Positions 10,566 to 19,378 of a DNA stretch of 64,000 nt are shown piece after piece. The position numbers and the translations under genes were made by a program. The number at the start of each line of letters is the position of its first letter. The stretch's first letter is position 1. The stretch is taken from the NCBI GenBank assembly GCA_028030915.1, contig GCA_028030915.1_4867.1; one strand, 5' to 3'. The notes under the pieces were generated by a model. That model saw nothing but the letters and a program-made list of their open reading frames with translations. It was not told the DNA's origin and ran no database searches. Origin of the DNA: a phage.

Positions 10566-12179
10566 TCATTTCAACAGCGCAGCAGTCGTTCTTTTAATCA
10601 CGTTGTTAACCGGATTGATTTTGAAACTGCCGTCTGTTGCAAACCAGTAGTTTTTCGAACTGACCCACTTCCGATTTTCCTCGAGCGCTTCGGTTGACAT
10701 CGGGCAGTTTGCTGAGCCGGTGTCACCATCGTAGTCACCACCCAATCCACCTAATCGGGATGGATGTGGTGCCATGGATTCCACAAAGGTTTTCACGGTA
10801 CGGTCAGGGAAGCTAATTGCACCCTTCTCTTTTAACGTGACCCAATCGTCTTCCAGTTCATGCAAATAGAGGGAAGAGGTGGTGGTCTCCAATCTTATGG
10901 TCGAGGAGTAAGTCGAACCGCGTCCCGTAACCGGATAACGCGTGATGAACGAGAAGTAGTCATTCCAAATATCGTAACCTGACAAATAGAGGAGTTCTGC
11001 TAAGCTCAGTCCGCGGACAAGCTTACGGTCACGTCCTTCCGGCAGGTCTTCAATATCGTAAAAGATTTTGAAGCTGCGTTTGTCTTGGTAGATTAATGCC
11101 ACGTAATGGTCCGGATCAATCATCAGCGGTTTATGTCGAAGCTCGCGCGCTTCCATTCTGTTGATGAGTGTTTCGATGCCATCGTCGGTAGTGAAAAGGT
11201 CATACACCCGCCCGGAGACTTCCAGGAACTCACGCTTGAGTGTTTTGGTGTTAACGCCGTATAAGTTGCCGTCCCCTGCCCGGATGTTACTGAGGTAACG
11301 TTCACGGATGTGGTATTGAGCCACAGGCAGTAATGCCTTCAGGGTTTGGTACAAACCGATACGGGTATCCGTTGGACGAATCGCATCTTCGCGACCCATG
11401 ACCTTGGAACCGGTTGAGAATGAAGACAGTACGTTACGCGTACCGTTCATTAACTTACGTGACGTCACTTTACGACGTGCAAAACCACCTTTACCGTCTT
11501 GGATGTTGAAAAAGTACATCCAGATGTCATTAAAGGTTTGTTGGAGCTTCCAGCGAACCGGGTCAGTCAGTTCCGTTCGCGTACTGCGGTCGGGGATTGC
11601 ACGTGCCAGAGAAATCAGACGGCGGTAGAGTCCGCCAATCTCTTCTTCTTGGTCGCGGCCATCCTGACGAATGACCAAATCACGTAATCCCGCAGGCAGA
11701 ACCAGCACATAGCGGCTGAGACTGACCGGACGGAACTTATTGAAGAAATCGACTGTCTCGTCGCGACGCATTGATTCGTTGCGTCCTGGCGTCAGTTGTT
11801 CGTAGTAGCGTAGGAAGAAGTTGAAGCCGGTGTCTGCACCTTTATCACTGGGCAGAGCCGGCTCGAAATCTTTTTCTTTCTCATTCCAGATAGCGAATCG
11901 CTTCCCGGAACAGATTTCTTCGTACAGCTGTTTCAGCTGGAACAACGCCAAACAAACGGTCGGCGAAATGATATCCAGTTTGATATCAATGTACGAGAAC
12001 GTTGAGTCTCGTGCCTCGCTCCCTGTGAGGCCAAATATTTCAGTTGAATACAGTCCTTCAGGGTGAAAGTTTTTCGTCAGTCCCTGAAAGGTGTCTGTTG
12101 TTGTAACTGGTTTTAAATGCGACACCAGGGACTTGTTGACGTTTAACAAGTAAAAGTCAACCCAGTTTAGCTTTCTCAC
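10566..12179 (-). CDS. multisubunit RNA polymerase beta'-like subunit, N-terminal fragment
   Basis: 537 aa; GTG start at 12179 with aggag SD; motifs aligned by eye to bacterial beta' N-terminus: EIFG (beta' KIFGP region), VLVLPAGLRDLV (beta' VLPVLPPDLRP), and GGDYDGD about 65 residues from the C-terminus (beta' NADFDGD Mg-binding motif near residue 460). Confidence 0.7.
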   Translation of the reverse strand: MRKLNWVDFYLLNVNKSLVSHLKPVTTTDTFQGLTKNFHPEGLYSTEIFGLTGSEARDSTFSYIDIKLDIISPTVCLALFQLKQLYEEICSGKRFAIWNEKEKDFEPALPSDKGADTGFNFFLRYYEQLTPGRNESMRRDETVDFFNKFRPVSLSRYVLVLPAGLRDLVIRQDGRDQEEEIGGLYRRLISLARAIPDRSTRTELTDPVRWKLQQTFNDIWMYFFNIQDGKGGFARRKVTSRKLMNGTRNVLSSFSTGSKVMGREDAIRPTDTRIGLYQTLKALLPVAQYHIRERYLSNIRAGDGNLYGVNTKTLKREFLEVSGRVYDLFTTDDGIETLINRMEARELRHKPLMIDPDHYVALIYQDKRSFKIFYDIEDLPEGRDRKLVRGLSLAELLYLSGYDIWNDYFSFITRYPVTGRGSTYSSTIRLETTTSSLYLHELEDDWVTLKEKGAISFPDRTVKTFVESMAPHPSRLGGLGGDYDGDTGSANCPMSTEALEENRKWVSSKNYWFATDGSFKINPVNNVIKRTTAALLK

Positions 12180-12208
12180 TTTTAAGCTCCTGAATTGGAA
12201 GAAACATT

Positions 12209-15200
12209 ATGGCAAAAAGAGGCAAAGACGGTTTCGATGATATCGATTTAGATAGACTCGACGACTGGGATGATTTCGGTGAACCACCCCGTCCCAAAGA
12301 CGAGAAAAAACGAAGCCCGATACTCAGTACCCTGAATGTTGCCAGGAAGTCGGCGTTGTCAACTATCTGGCCAGAAGGGAAACGTGACCAAGTTATCCTC
12401 AAGGGGATGCCTAAGCCGGCAGCTGATGCATACGAGGGCTATCAGTCAGCGGCAGCTGCAGCAAAGGACATTTACGCCCATACGAAAGGGGAGCTTGAGA
12501 AGACCGAGCGCACGCTGAAGATGCAAGCACGCCAACTCGGTCCGACGATGAAGAAATACTTGCCGGATGCAGTTACTAAGCGCTTCGACAAGTGGTCAAA
12601 ATCTGACCAGTTGGATTACCAAAATTACGATCCTAATCAGGCGTTGATGGATCGTGAACTGGGCGACGTTTTCTCAGGTGTGCCAAAGGACGCCGAAGAA
12701 CAACGTCAGCTGCAGGACAGCATGGTAGAGGATAAGCTCCGCGACAGCATCAAAGAGATGCGTGCGGATGCAATGCACCAAACCATGATTGGGATGGCGA
12801 AAGACATTAACCTGCTAACCGGGTTAAGCCGCGGGGTATTCTTAAACATCGAGCGTAAGAAACTCGAACTGCAATACCGTACCCTGTTCGCCATTCAAGA
12901 CATCGTGAAGATGAAGCAGTCGGAGTTCGATCGTAACACGCCTGCTTTAGAAGCCATCGTGAAGAACACGGCGCTGCCAGACTACGCGAAGGAAGATTTC
13001 TCAGAAGTCCGTTGGGCAAACGTTAAACGCCAGGCTGCGGAATGGATGAACCCGTTGCGTTATGCTGACGGGTTTATGGACATGATTCGCGAAAATACCA
13101 AGAAGAAAATTTCTGGTATATTTGGCGAAGGTCGTGGTTTGTTAGAGTCTGTTCTCGGCATGGGTGTTGAAGACGATTTCGGCATGAGCGACAGCTCTTC
13201 GTTGACTGCCGAACGTCGCAAAACAAATGCTCGCGATAAAGCAACTGCATGGGGTAGCGGATTCCTTGCGAAGAAACTACTCGGCCCACAAATCGAGAAA
13301 CTCCAGAAATGGACTCGTGAGGAGATGGAGAAAAATCCAGAGGTCATGAAACGCCTGCAGAAGGGCGCGTTCACCTTTGGTAATCTTTCCTCTATCTCGA
13401 ACTCAGCCATCGCAGGCGAAACGCAAGGACCGTTGGCGGATTTGTTCCGGGTACTGAATGAACTCGGTATTGTCCAACCGTTAAACCGTGAGAAAGCCTT
13501 CCTTGATGAGCGTAATGGCGAAACGTTAAGCCGTTCGGCGAAATTTGACCGTAAAGCATATCTTAGCCTGGTTGAAGTTATTCCTGCCTGGCTGGCAGAG
13601 ATTAACAAATCTGTTCGTCGGGGTTATGGCGAACATGCCGATCTGGAATACGACATCACTAGTCGTGGGTTCGTAGACCGTAAAGTGGTCGGTAACCGCG
13701 TACGCAAAGCGGTTGCAAACGATGAGCAGCGCCTGCGTCTCCAAAATTCCATTAACAGCACTGTGGATTTTGTTGACCGTGGCAAAACGCTCTCGCAGAA
13801 GGATCGACAGCATCTTGCCGACTATATCGAGTCACGTGCCTCGCAGGGCCGCGCATTCGACGTAGAAGCGATTCTGAAAGACCCGATGCATCTTCATCGG
13901 TATATGCCAGGAAACGCCGCAGAACGCATTAAGGAAGCGTTACAGGGGCATTCAGACAGTCTTACTGGTGGTAGCAACGAATTAAGTAACGAGCTGGCCC
14001 GCAAAATCTCCACAGTGCAGTCATCTATCACCCAACGTCAGGCAATTATCGACGAGGCGGTGAATATTTACGGTGAGCGAGCATTGCGCGATGCGGGTAT
14101 CTTTAACTACGACGCGAAGAGTGACACTTTCGGCGTGGATAAAGACCTGTCCGATCCCTATACCTTGTTTAATGACTTGGCAATGGGTAAGACACGCAGC
14201 GGTCGTGCGTTGACTCGTGAGCAGGAGATTCAACGTAAGCTGCAAAACGGTTCGGCGTTAGGCGACTATCTGCGCCGAATGAACCAAGGGGCAAGTGGTG
14301 GTGCCGATGACACATCGTTGCCGCCGGCTTTACGTGGCGGTGGTAAAGGTCGCGGAATGTCGCCTCGGCAGTTAGCCGCAGTTCTCTACGGTGAAACCTC
14401 GACTAACTTTGTTGAATTGCTAAGCCAACGTAACCGTGGCGAAGAAGCACCACGGAATAACTTTGACGGCATCATCGAAGCGATTCGGGGTAATAACAAC
14501 AGTGACACCCTCCAGAAAATTCTGGAACACGTCAGAAGTATGGACGAAGAAGGGGTTCTCCTGGCTTCGTTAGCAGGGGGTGCTGGTTCTGGTGATGAAG
14601 AGATGGGACCACCTCGTCCTGGTGGTGGTAGCGGTGGCGGTAAACGCCGCCGTATTATCATCGGTGAGGATGGGCTTATTCGTCGTTGGGGCGGTGTGTT
14701 GTTCGACACTGCAGCAGGAATCGGTGGCTTTGCAAAACGTGGTGTTAAAGGTGCCTGGAATAAACTGAATCAGTTCGGTGGCTGGGCGCGCGGTAAAATC
14801 GCGGGGATGGGCGGCGGAGAAGGTCCTGGTTTCTTAACCCGGATGCGTGGCCTTATCAGCGGTAGTGTCCGTGGGGGCTTTGAAGCGGTAAGCTCTTTCG
14901 GTAAAGGATTGCTGGGTATCCGCGACGTTTACGATGACCACGGTAATGTTGTTCTGCAAGGTGCACGTCTGGAAGCTGGAGAATACTATCAGGTCATTGA
15001 TGGTAAAATGGTTCAGCTGAAAACGCTGGACGACATCAAACTGGGGAGTGATATTGTTGACTCCGCAGGTAACCTGATACTAGCGGCCGCTGACTTAGCC
15101 GCTGCGGGTAAACTCCGCTACTATAAAGGCGGGAAAATCCAAGCACTGACCCAAGGTCTGGCCAGTAAGATTGGCTTAGGCTTTAATAAGGTGGCTAAGC

Positions 15201-18200
15201 TACCGAAACGGTTCCTGGATTTCCTGTCACCGAAAGCGGGCAGCATCGTTGGTAAGATTAAGGACTGGCTGAACGAGATTCCGGAAGGCGAAGAAAAGAC
15301 ACGTCTCCAGAAAGCGTTCAACCGCGTAACGAGCTTACCGGGTAAAGTGCTCGGTTTTGCGAAACGTGGTGTCGACCGTCTGAAAGACATGATTACCGAC
15401 AACCCACTGACGCGTTGGTGGAAAGGCCGTAAAGATGGTGGGGGTGGTGGTTTCAGTATCTTCTCATCAACCGGCAAGAAAACCAACCACATCCTTATCC
15501 GTATCTATAAACTGTTGAACCAACGTTTACCGGGCGAACCGGAAGACGAAAGTTGGACAGAAGAAATGGAGAAGGGTGTCGGTGGCGGTGGTAGTACGAT
15601 CGGCCGTGCAGTTCGCGGGGCGTATAATCGTGCGAAATCGTCGTTGTCTGAACGTTTTGGTGGACGTTGGTCAAGAACAAAAGCGTTCTTTGGTCGTGGA
15701 CGTGACCGTCTGCGTGGTTGGTTCAGTGGTTTCCGAGGCCGGGCTGGGGATATGCTCGATGGGTATCGTGGAGCACGGCACGACATTGCTACACGCTACG
15801 AAGTTGAACGTCGGTTGGCTGGACGCGATGATGATGTCGCTGAATTCTATCGCAGCCATTTGAACGCGAAAGGTGGCCTTTCTGGTCGTAAAGTCTACGG
15901 TGACGCGAAGGACGACCTTGAGACCGCGCGCGATGCAGCAGGTCGGGTTATCAACAAAGGGAAGAACGCTGCCAAATCTGCAGGTGCAAGATTGTTTGAA
16001 CGCTTGGACCGAATGATTGGCTTGCAAGAGATGTCATGGTTTAACACCATGCGCGAATCAGTATCCCGCGCAGGCGGTGACGATGGCATCATCCGTACCA
16101 TGTTTGCGAAGTTCGGTAAACGTAACAAGCCACCTGAAAGTGATGAAAAACGCGACTACTTTAACTTCTTCAAACGTTGGCGTGAGAAACGTAAGGAGAA
16201 GAAAGAGAAAGCGCAGGGCTCCAAAGGGAAATCTGGCGGTCTGTGGGATATGGTGAAAGGCTTACCTATCATCGGTCCCATCGTCAGTATCTTGGGAACT
16301 GTGGGTAATATACTCGGTTCTATCACGAAATGGGGTGTGTTAAAACCCGTAGGTCTTTTAGGTAAGGCTGCGTGGAATGTTGGTAAGTTCGCAGTAACCC
16401 GTTTGGCGGCACCCGCGGTGTCCGCTGTGGCAACTGCGGCATCTGCCGTCGTGACAGCAGTGGGCTGGCCGGCAATTCTTATCGGTGGTGCGATCGCCGC
16501 GGCAGGTTACGCCGCGTACAAGATCGCAACGACTACCTATACCCAGTACCTGGATAAGATGCGTTTAGCTCAGTACGGTTTCCGTGATTACGATAAGTGG
16601 TCGTCGGATGACGGGGCGAAAGCGCGTTACTTAGAAGACGCATTGCGTGAGTATGTGTCTTACGCGGAAGATGGCCAAGCCAGTCTCCGTGGGCTAGGTG
16701 GAAAAGACGTTCAGAAGTTAGCTGAAGGGTTCGGTATTAACGTTGAGGAAAAAGGCGAGATGTTGGCCTTCCAAGCGTTTATGCTTCAGCGCTTTATTCC
16801 GATTTATCTCCGCTGGATTACGGCACTGAAATCAATGCCGAACAGTATCCAGTTGGCTGACGTCGGCGATGCTAAGAAAGTATCGAAAGAGGACATGCAG
16901 ACACTCTTCAACAAAATGAAGATGACTAAGGATGCAAAAGCGTTCTCTTCGTTAACAGACCCACGCAAAGTCAACCAAGGTTTCTTCTCGAAAGCCTGGG
17001 ACGTCGTAACCTTTACACCGAAGGAGTTTTTGAGCGGTGAAGAGGTTATGGAAGTGCAGAATGAAGTCGAGCGTGCAATCAAGTTCAGAATGGATGATAA
17101 GAAAGCACGTAAGTACGGAATGGCACCGGCCGTGGAGGGGATTAAGTCCGCGGGCGTTGATGAAGCTATCAACAAACTCGGACAGTTGGATAACGAACGT
17201 AACAAAAATCTGGCGAAGGTAGAAGGTTGGGAAGACGGAACAGAGCAGGTTCAGATTCAGGTAGACTGGAATGCGGTGCTCGACCAGAAAGACATGAATG
17301 CGATGGAGTCGGTACGTTGGAAGACTTATGGTTTTACCACCATCGACAACGCCACACGCACGTTGATTACGGTATTCGAGAAGAACGTCATCAAAGACAT
17401 CGACGTGAAAACCGCAAGCTATAAAGGTGACTGGAAGAAAGCTATCGCTTCGATGGTTCCAGACGCTATCGGCACACCGAAAGAAGATCGTTTGAAGCGG
17501 TGGTTCTTTGACCGCTTCTTACCGGTATTCATGACGTACTTGGTTGGGGTGAAACGCTACCTGCCAACAGCCGATCCGCTGAACTTGAAACTGACCGGCG
17601 GTTACCTGTACGAAATCAGTTTGATGATGTCAACAGCTTATAGCTTGAAAGGTGGTATAAGACAGTCGGTGTGGGAAGTGAATATCAACCCATTAGGGGG
17701 CGATGCTAACACGAACCCATCGTCTATCAAAGCCGAGCTGGAAACGCTGAAGCTGTTGTCAAAAGAAGCTGACCTTGCCGTGCGTAACATGATTAAAGCC
17801 ATTAAAAACAATGGCAAGCGTGCACGCTGGAAGGATCGTAACAAGAACCGCAGTTCTCTGGAAGTTACCGGTGAAGATGAAGAAGACTCGAACATCAGTT
17901 CGGGAGATTCTTTGTCATCTGACGGTGCTCGCGCCTCAGGCTACATTCCATCGGGTACGAGTGGTGGTGTGCCGGGTAACTTGGGTCAAGTCGTCGATGC
18001 GGTTGGTGGTGTGCGGAACTACGCTGCAATGACCACTGGTTCGTCTTCGATTAACCTGAGTGATGTGAAAGACGGTGATTATAAGTCACTGGCTGAAAAA
18101 TACCCGATAGAAATGTTGGGTAGAAAGGGTGCGTTGAACGTTCCGAATATCAAAGCATTGATTACCGATGCAGCGAACATGATGGGCGTGCCACCTGCAG

Positions 18201-19330
18201 TGGCGTTAGCAATGGCTAAGGCGGAGTCCGGATTTAACTACACCGCTAAAAACCCGTATGCTTCGGCATCTGGGTTGTTCCAGTTTGTTAACGGCACGTG
18301 GGACGGGATGATGAAGGGGTATTCGCGGAAGTTTGGTATTCCGCGTGTTAACCAAATGGACCCGTGGGCGAATGCTATATTGGGTGTACAGTTCATTCGT
18401 GACAACATCCAACAAGCACAACGTGACCTGGGCGGTAAAGCACCACCTCCAGCCGTGGCTTATCTGTACCACTTCCTGGGTGCAGGCGGCGGTAAGAAAT
18501 TCCTGGAAGCATGGAAGCGTAATCCGAATATGGCGGCATCGAGTGCTCCTGGGATTACATCCGCAATACTGAGAGGGAATGCCAACGTCTTCTACAGCAA
18601 CGGTCGTATACGTAGCGTAGACGGGGTTATTCAGGAACTGAACCGCCGCATGGGCGCAATTTCCGCCAACGAAGTCGCTGCCGATCCGAGCAAGACGAAG
18701 GATATGGTTGCAGGCTTGTCGCCTAATTCACCAACCAACCCGGCAGCAGCAATGGGTGCACCGGCCGCTAATGACCCGAGTCTGTCGCCAGCAGATAACC
18801 TGCCAGCAGATAATGCTAATCGTCGTGATGACGCATTGACGCAGAAAGGGGCCATGGCGGCACAAGATGCAATGGCTACCGCCGCAGGTAATGTAGGACC
18901 AGCAGCGCCTACACCAACCACAGGCGGTACCGGAACATCCGATGCCTCAACAACGGCCGAAACCGTAGCGTCGCAAGCTGCAGCAGAAGGATTGTCTGCG
19001 ACGGATGTTGCTAAAGTGAAAGCAGGCGCGGAAGCGCAGGTTAACGCAGCAGCTCGTCCAGTTGCCGCTCCAACTTCTGATGCTACAGCATCGACGCCAA
19101 CGCTGAATGGTGACCCGATAGATGTTCAGCAGCTCAAGGTACTGATTCAGTCTCGCGATTACTTGAAAGAGATTCGTGATATTTTGAAATCAAATCCAAG
19201 AGCGGCAAACGACACACGGGGTGGTAGTATCCAGCAAGCGGCAAATGTGCCTCCTCCGGGCTCAGCTGCACGTAGGCAGGAAATAACCCAACCGACACCG
19301 TCGTTAAACGTAAGTCGGAAAGCAAGCTAA
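12209..19330 (+). CDS. giant virion-associated protein (2373 aa) with lytic transglycosylase (SLT) domain
   Basis: 7.1-kb ORF; SLT-like motifs AMAKAESGFNYTAKNPYASASGLFQF...AYLYHFLGAGGG encoded around 18180-18500; glycine-rich tracts (GGGGG), many K/R, Ala/Pro/Thr-rich C-terminus. Resembles the giant transglycosylase-bearing inner-virion/tail proteins of jumbo phages (from memory, e.g. phiKZ gp181). Confidence 0.85.
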   Translation: MAKRGKDGFDDIDLDRLDDWDDFGEPPRPKDEKKRSPILSTLNVARKSALSTIWPEGKRDQVILKGMPKPAADAYEGYQSAAAAAKDIYAHTKGELEKTERTLKMQARQLGPTMKKYLPDAVTKRFDKWSKSDQLDYQNYDPNQALMDRELGDVFSGVPKDAEEQRQLQDSMVEDKLRDSIKEMRADAMHQTMIGMAKDINLLTGLSRGVFLNIERKKLELQYRTLFAIQDIVKMKQSEFDRNTPALEAIVKNTALPDYAKEDFSEVRWANVKRQAAEWMNPLRYADGFMDMIRENTKKKISGIFGEGRGLLESVLGMGVEDDFGMSDSSSLTAERRKTNARDKATAWGSGFLAKKLLGPQIEKLQKWTREEMEKNPEVMKRLQKGAFTFGNLSSISNSAIAGETQGPLADLFRVLNELGIVQPLNREKAFLDERNGETLSRSAKFDRKAYLSLVEVIPAWLAEINKSVRRGYGEHADLEYDITSRGFVDRKVVGNRVRKAVANDEQRLRLQNSINSTVDFVDRGKTLSQKDRQHLADYIESRASQGRAFDVEAILKDPMHLHRYMPGNAAERIKEALQGHSDSLTGGSNELSNELARKISTVQSSITQRQAIIDEAVNIYGERALRDAGIFNYDAKSDTFGVDKDLSDPYTLFNDLAMGKTRSGRALTREQEIQRKLQNGSALGDYLRRMNQGASGGADDTSLPPALRGGGKGRGMSPRQLAAVLYGETSTNFVELLSQRNRGEEAPRNNFDGIIEAIRGNNNSDTLQKILEHVRSMDEEGVLLASLAGGAGSGDEEMGPPRPGGGSGGGKRRRIIIGEDGLIRRWGGVLFDTAAGIGGFAKRGVKGAWNKLNQFGGWARGKIAGMGGGEGPGFLTRMRGLISGSVRGGFEAVSSFGKGLLGIRDVYDDHGNVVLQGARLEAGEYYQVIDGKMVQLKTLDDIKLGSDIVDSAGNLILAAADLAAAGKLRYYKGGKIQALTQGLASKIGLGFNKVAKLPKRFLDFLSPKAGSIVGKIKDWLNEIPEGEEKTRLQKAFNRVTSLPGKVLGFAKRGVDRLKDMITDNPLTRWWKGRKDGGGGGFSIFSSTGKKTNHILIRIYKLLNQRLPGEPEDESWTEEMEKGVGGGGSTIGRAVRGAYNRAKSSLSERFGGRWSRTKAFFGRGRDRLRGWFSGFRGRAGDMLDGYRGARHDIATRYEVERRLAGRDDDVAEFYRSHLNAKGGLSGRKVYGDAKDDLETARDAAGRVINKGKNAAKSAGARLFERLDRMIGLQEMSWFNTMRESVSRAGGDDGIIRTMFAKFGKRNKPPESDEKRDYFNFFKRWREKRKEKKEKAQGSKGKSGGLWDMVKGLPIIGPIVSILGTVGNILGSITKWGVLKPVGLLGKAAWNVGKFAVTRLAAPAVSAVATAASAVVTAVGWPAILIGGAIAAAGYAAYKIATTTYTQYLDKMRLAQYGFRDYDKWSSDDGAKARYLEDALREYVSYAEDGQASLRGLGGKDVQKLAEGFGINVEEKGEMLAFQAFMLQRFIPIYLRWITALKSMPNSIQLADVGDAKKVSKEDMQTLFNKMKMTKDAKAFSSLTDPRKVNQGFFSKAWDVVTFTPKEFLSGEEVMEVQNEVERAIKFRMDDKKARKYGMAPAVEGIKSAGVDEAINKLGQLDNERNKNLAKVEGWEDGTEQVQIQVDWNAVLDQKDMNAMESVRWKTYGFTTIDNATRTLITVFEKNVIKDIDVKTASYKGDWKKAIASMVPDAIGTPKEDRLKRWFFDRFLPVFMTYLVGVKRYLPTADPLNLKLTGGYLYEISLMMSTAYSLKGGIRQSVWEVNINPLGGDANTNPSSIKAELETLKLLSKEADLAVRNMIKAIKNNGKRARWKDRNKNRSSLEVTGEDEEDSNISSGDSLSSDGARASGYIPSGTSGGVPGNLGQVVDAVGGVRNYAAMTTGSSSINLSDVKDGDYKSLAEKYPIEMLGRKGALNVPNIKALITDAANMMGVPPAVALAMAKAESGFNYTAKNPYASASGLFQFVNGTWDGMMKGYSRKFGIPRVNQMDPWANAILGVQFIRDNIQQAQRDLGGKAPPPAVAYLYHFLGAGGGKKFLEAWKRNPNMAASSAPGITSAILRGNANVFYSNGRIRSVDGVIQELNRRMGAISANEVAADPSKTKDMVAGLSPNSPTNPAAAMGAPAANDPSLSPADNLPADNANRRDDALTQKGAMAAQDAMATAAGNVGPAAPTPTTGGTGTSDASTTAETVASQAAAEGLSATDVAKVKAGAEAQVNAAARPVAAPTSDATASTPTLNGDPIDVQQLKVLIQSRDYLKEIRDILKSNPRAANDTRGGSIQQAANVPPPGSAARRQEITQPTPSLNVSRKAS

Positions 19331-19378
19331 TCGTAGGGGGTGGCAACACCCCCTAATCATCTTACAGAGAGGTTTTAC

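Noticed and set aside
782-10697. Plus-strand ORFs overlapping minus-strand genes (e.g. 782-1015, 2749-3302, 5195-5905, 6951-7538, 9438-9860)
   Set aside because: Each is fully embedded antisense in a longer co-linear minus-strand gene array; no SD or motif support.
12157-12402. 81-aa minus-strand ORF spanning the divergent region and the 5' end of the giant gene
   Set aside because: Overlaps the start of the giant gene and the RNA polymerase gene start; low-complexity Ser-rich translation; likely spurious.
12706-16128. Many 60-180-aa ORFs on the minus strand inside the giant gene (e.g. 13060-13608, 15671-16027)
   Set aside because: They lie antisense within a continuous 7.1-kb ORF that has a clear SLT domain; antisense frames of a long G/C-balanced gene commonly stay open by chance.
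19340-19378. Upstream GTG start at 19340 for the gene after the giant protein
   Set aside because: The codon lies inside a stable hairpin and has no SD; GTG at 19379 has an agagagg SD 7 nt upstream.
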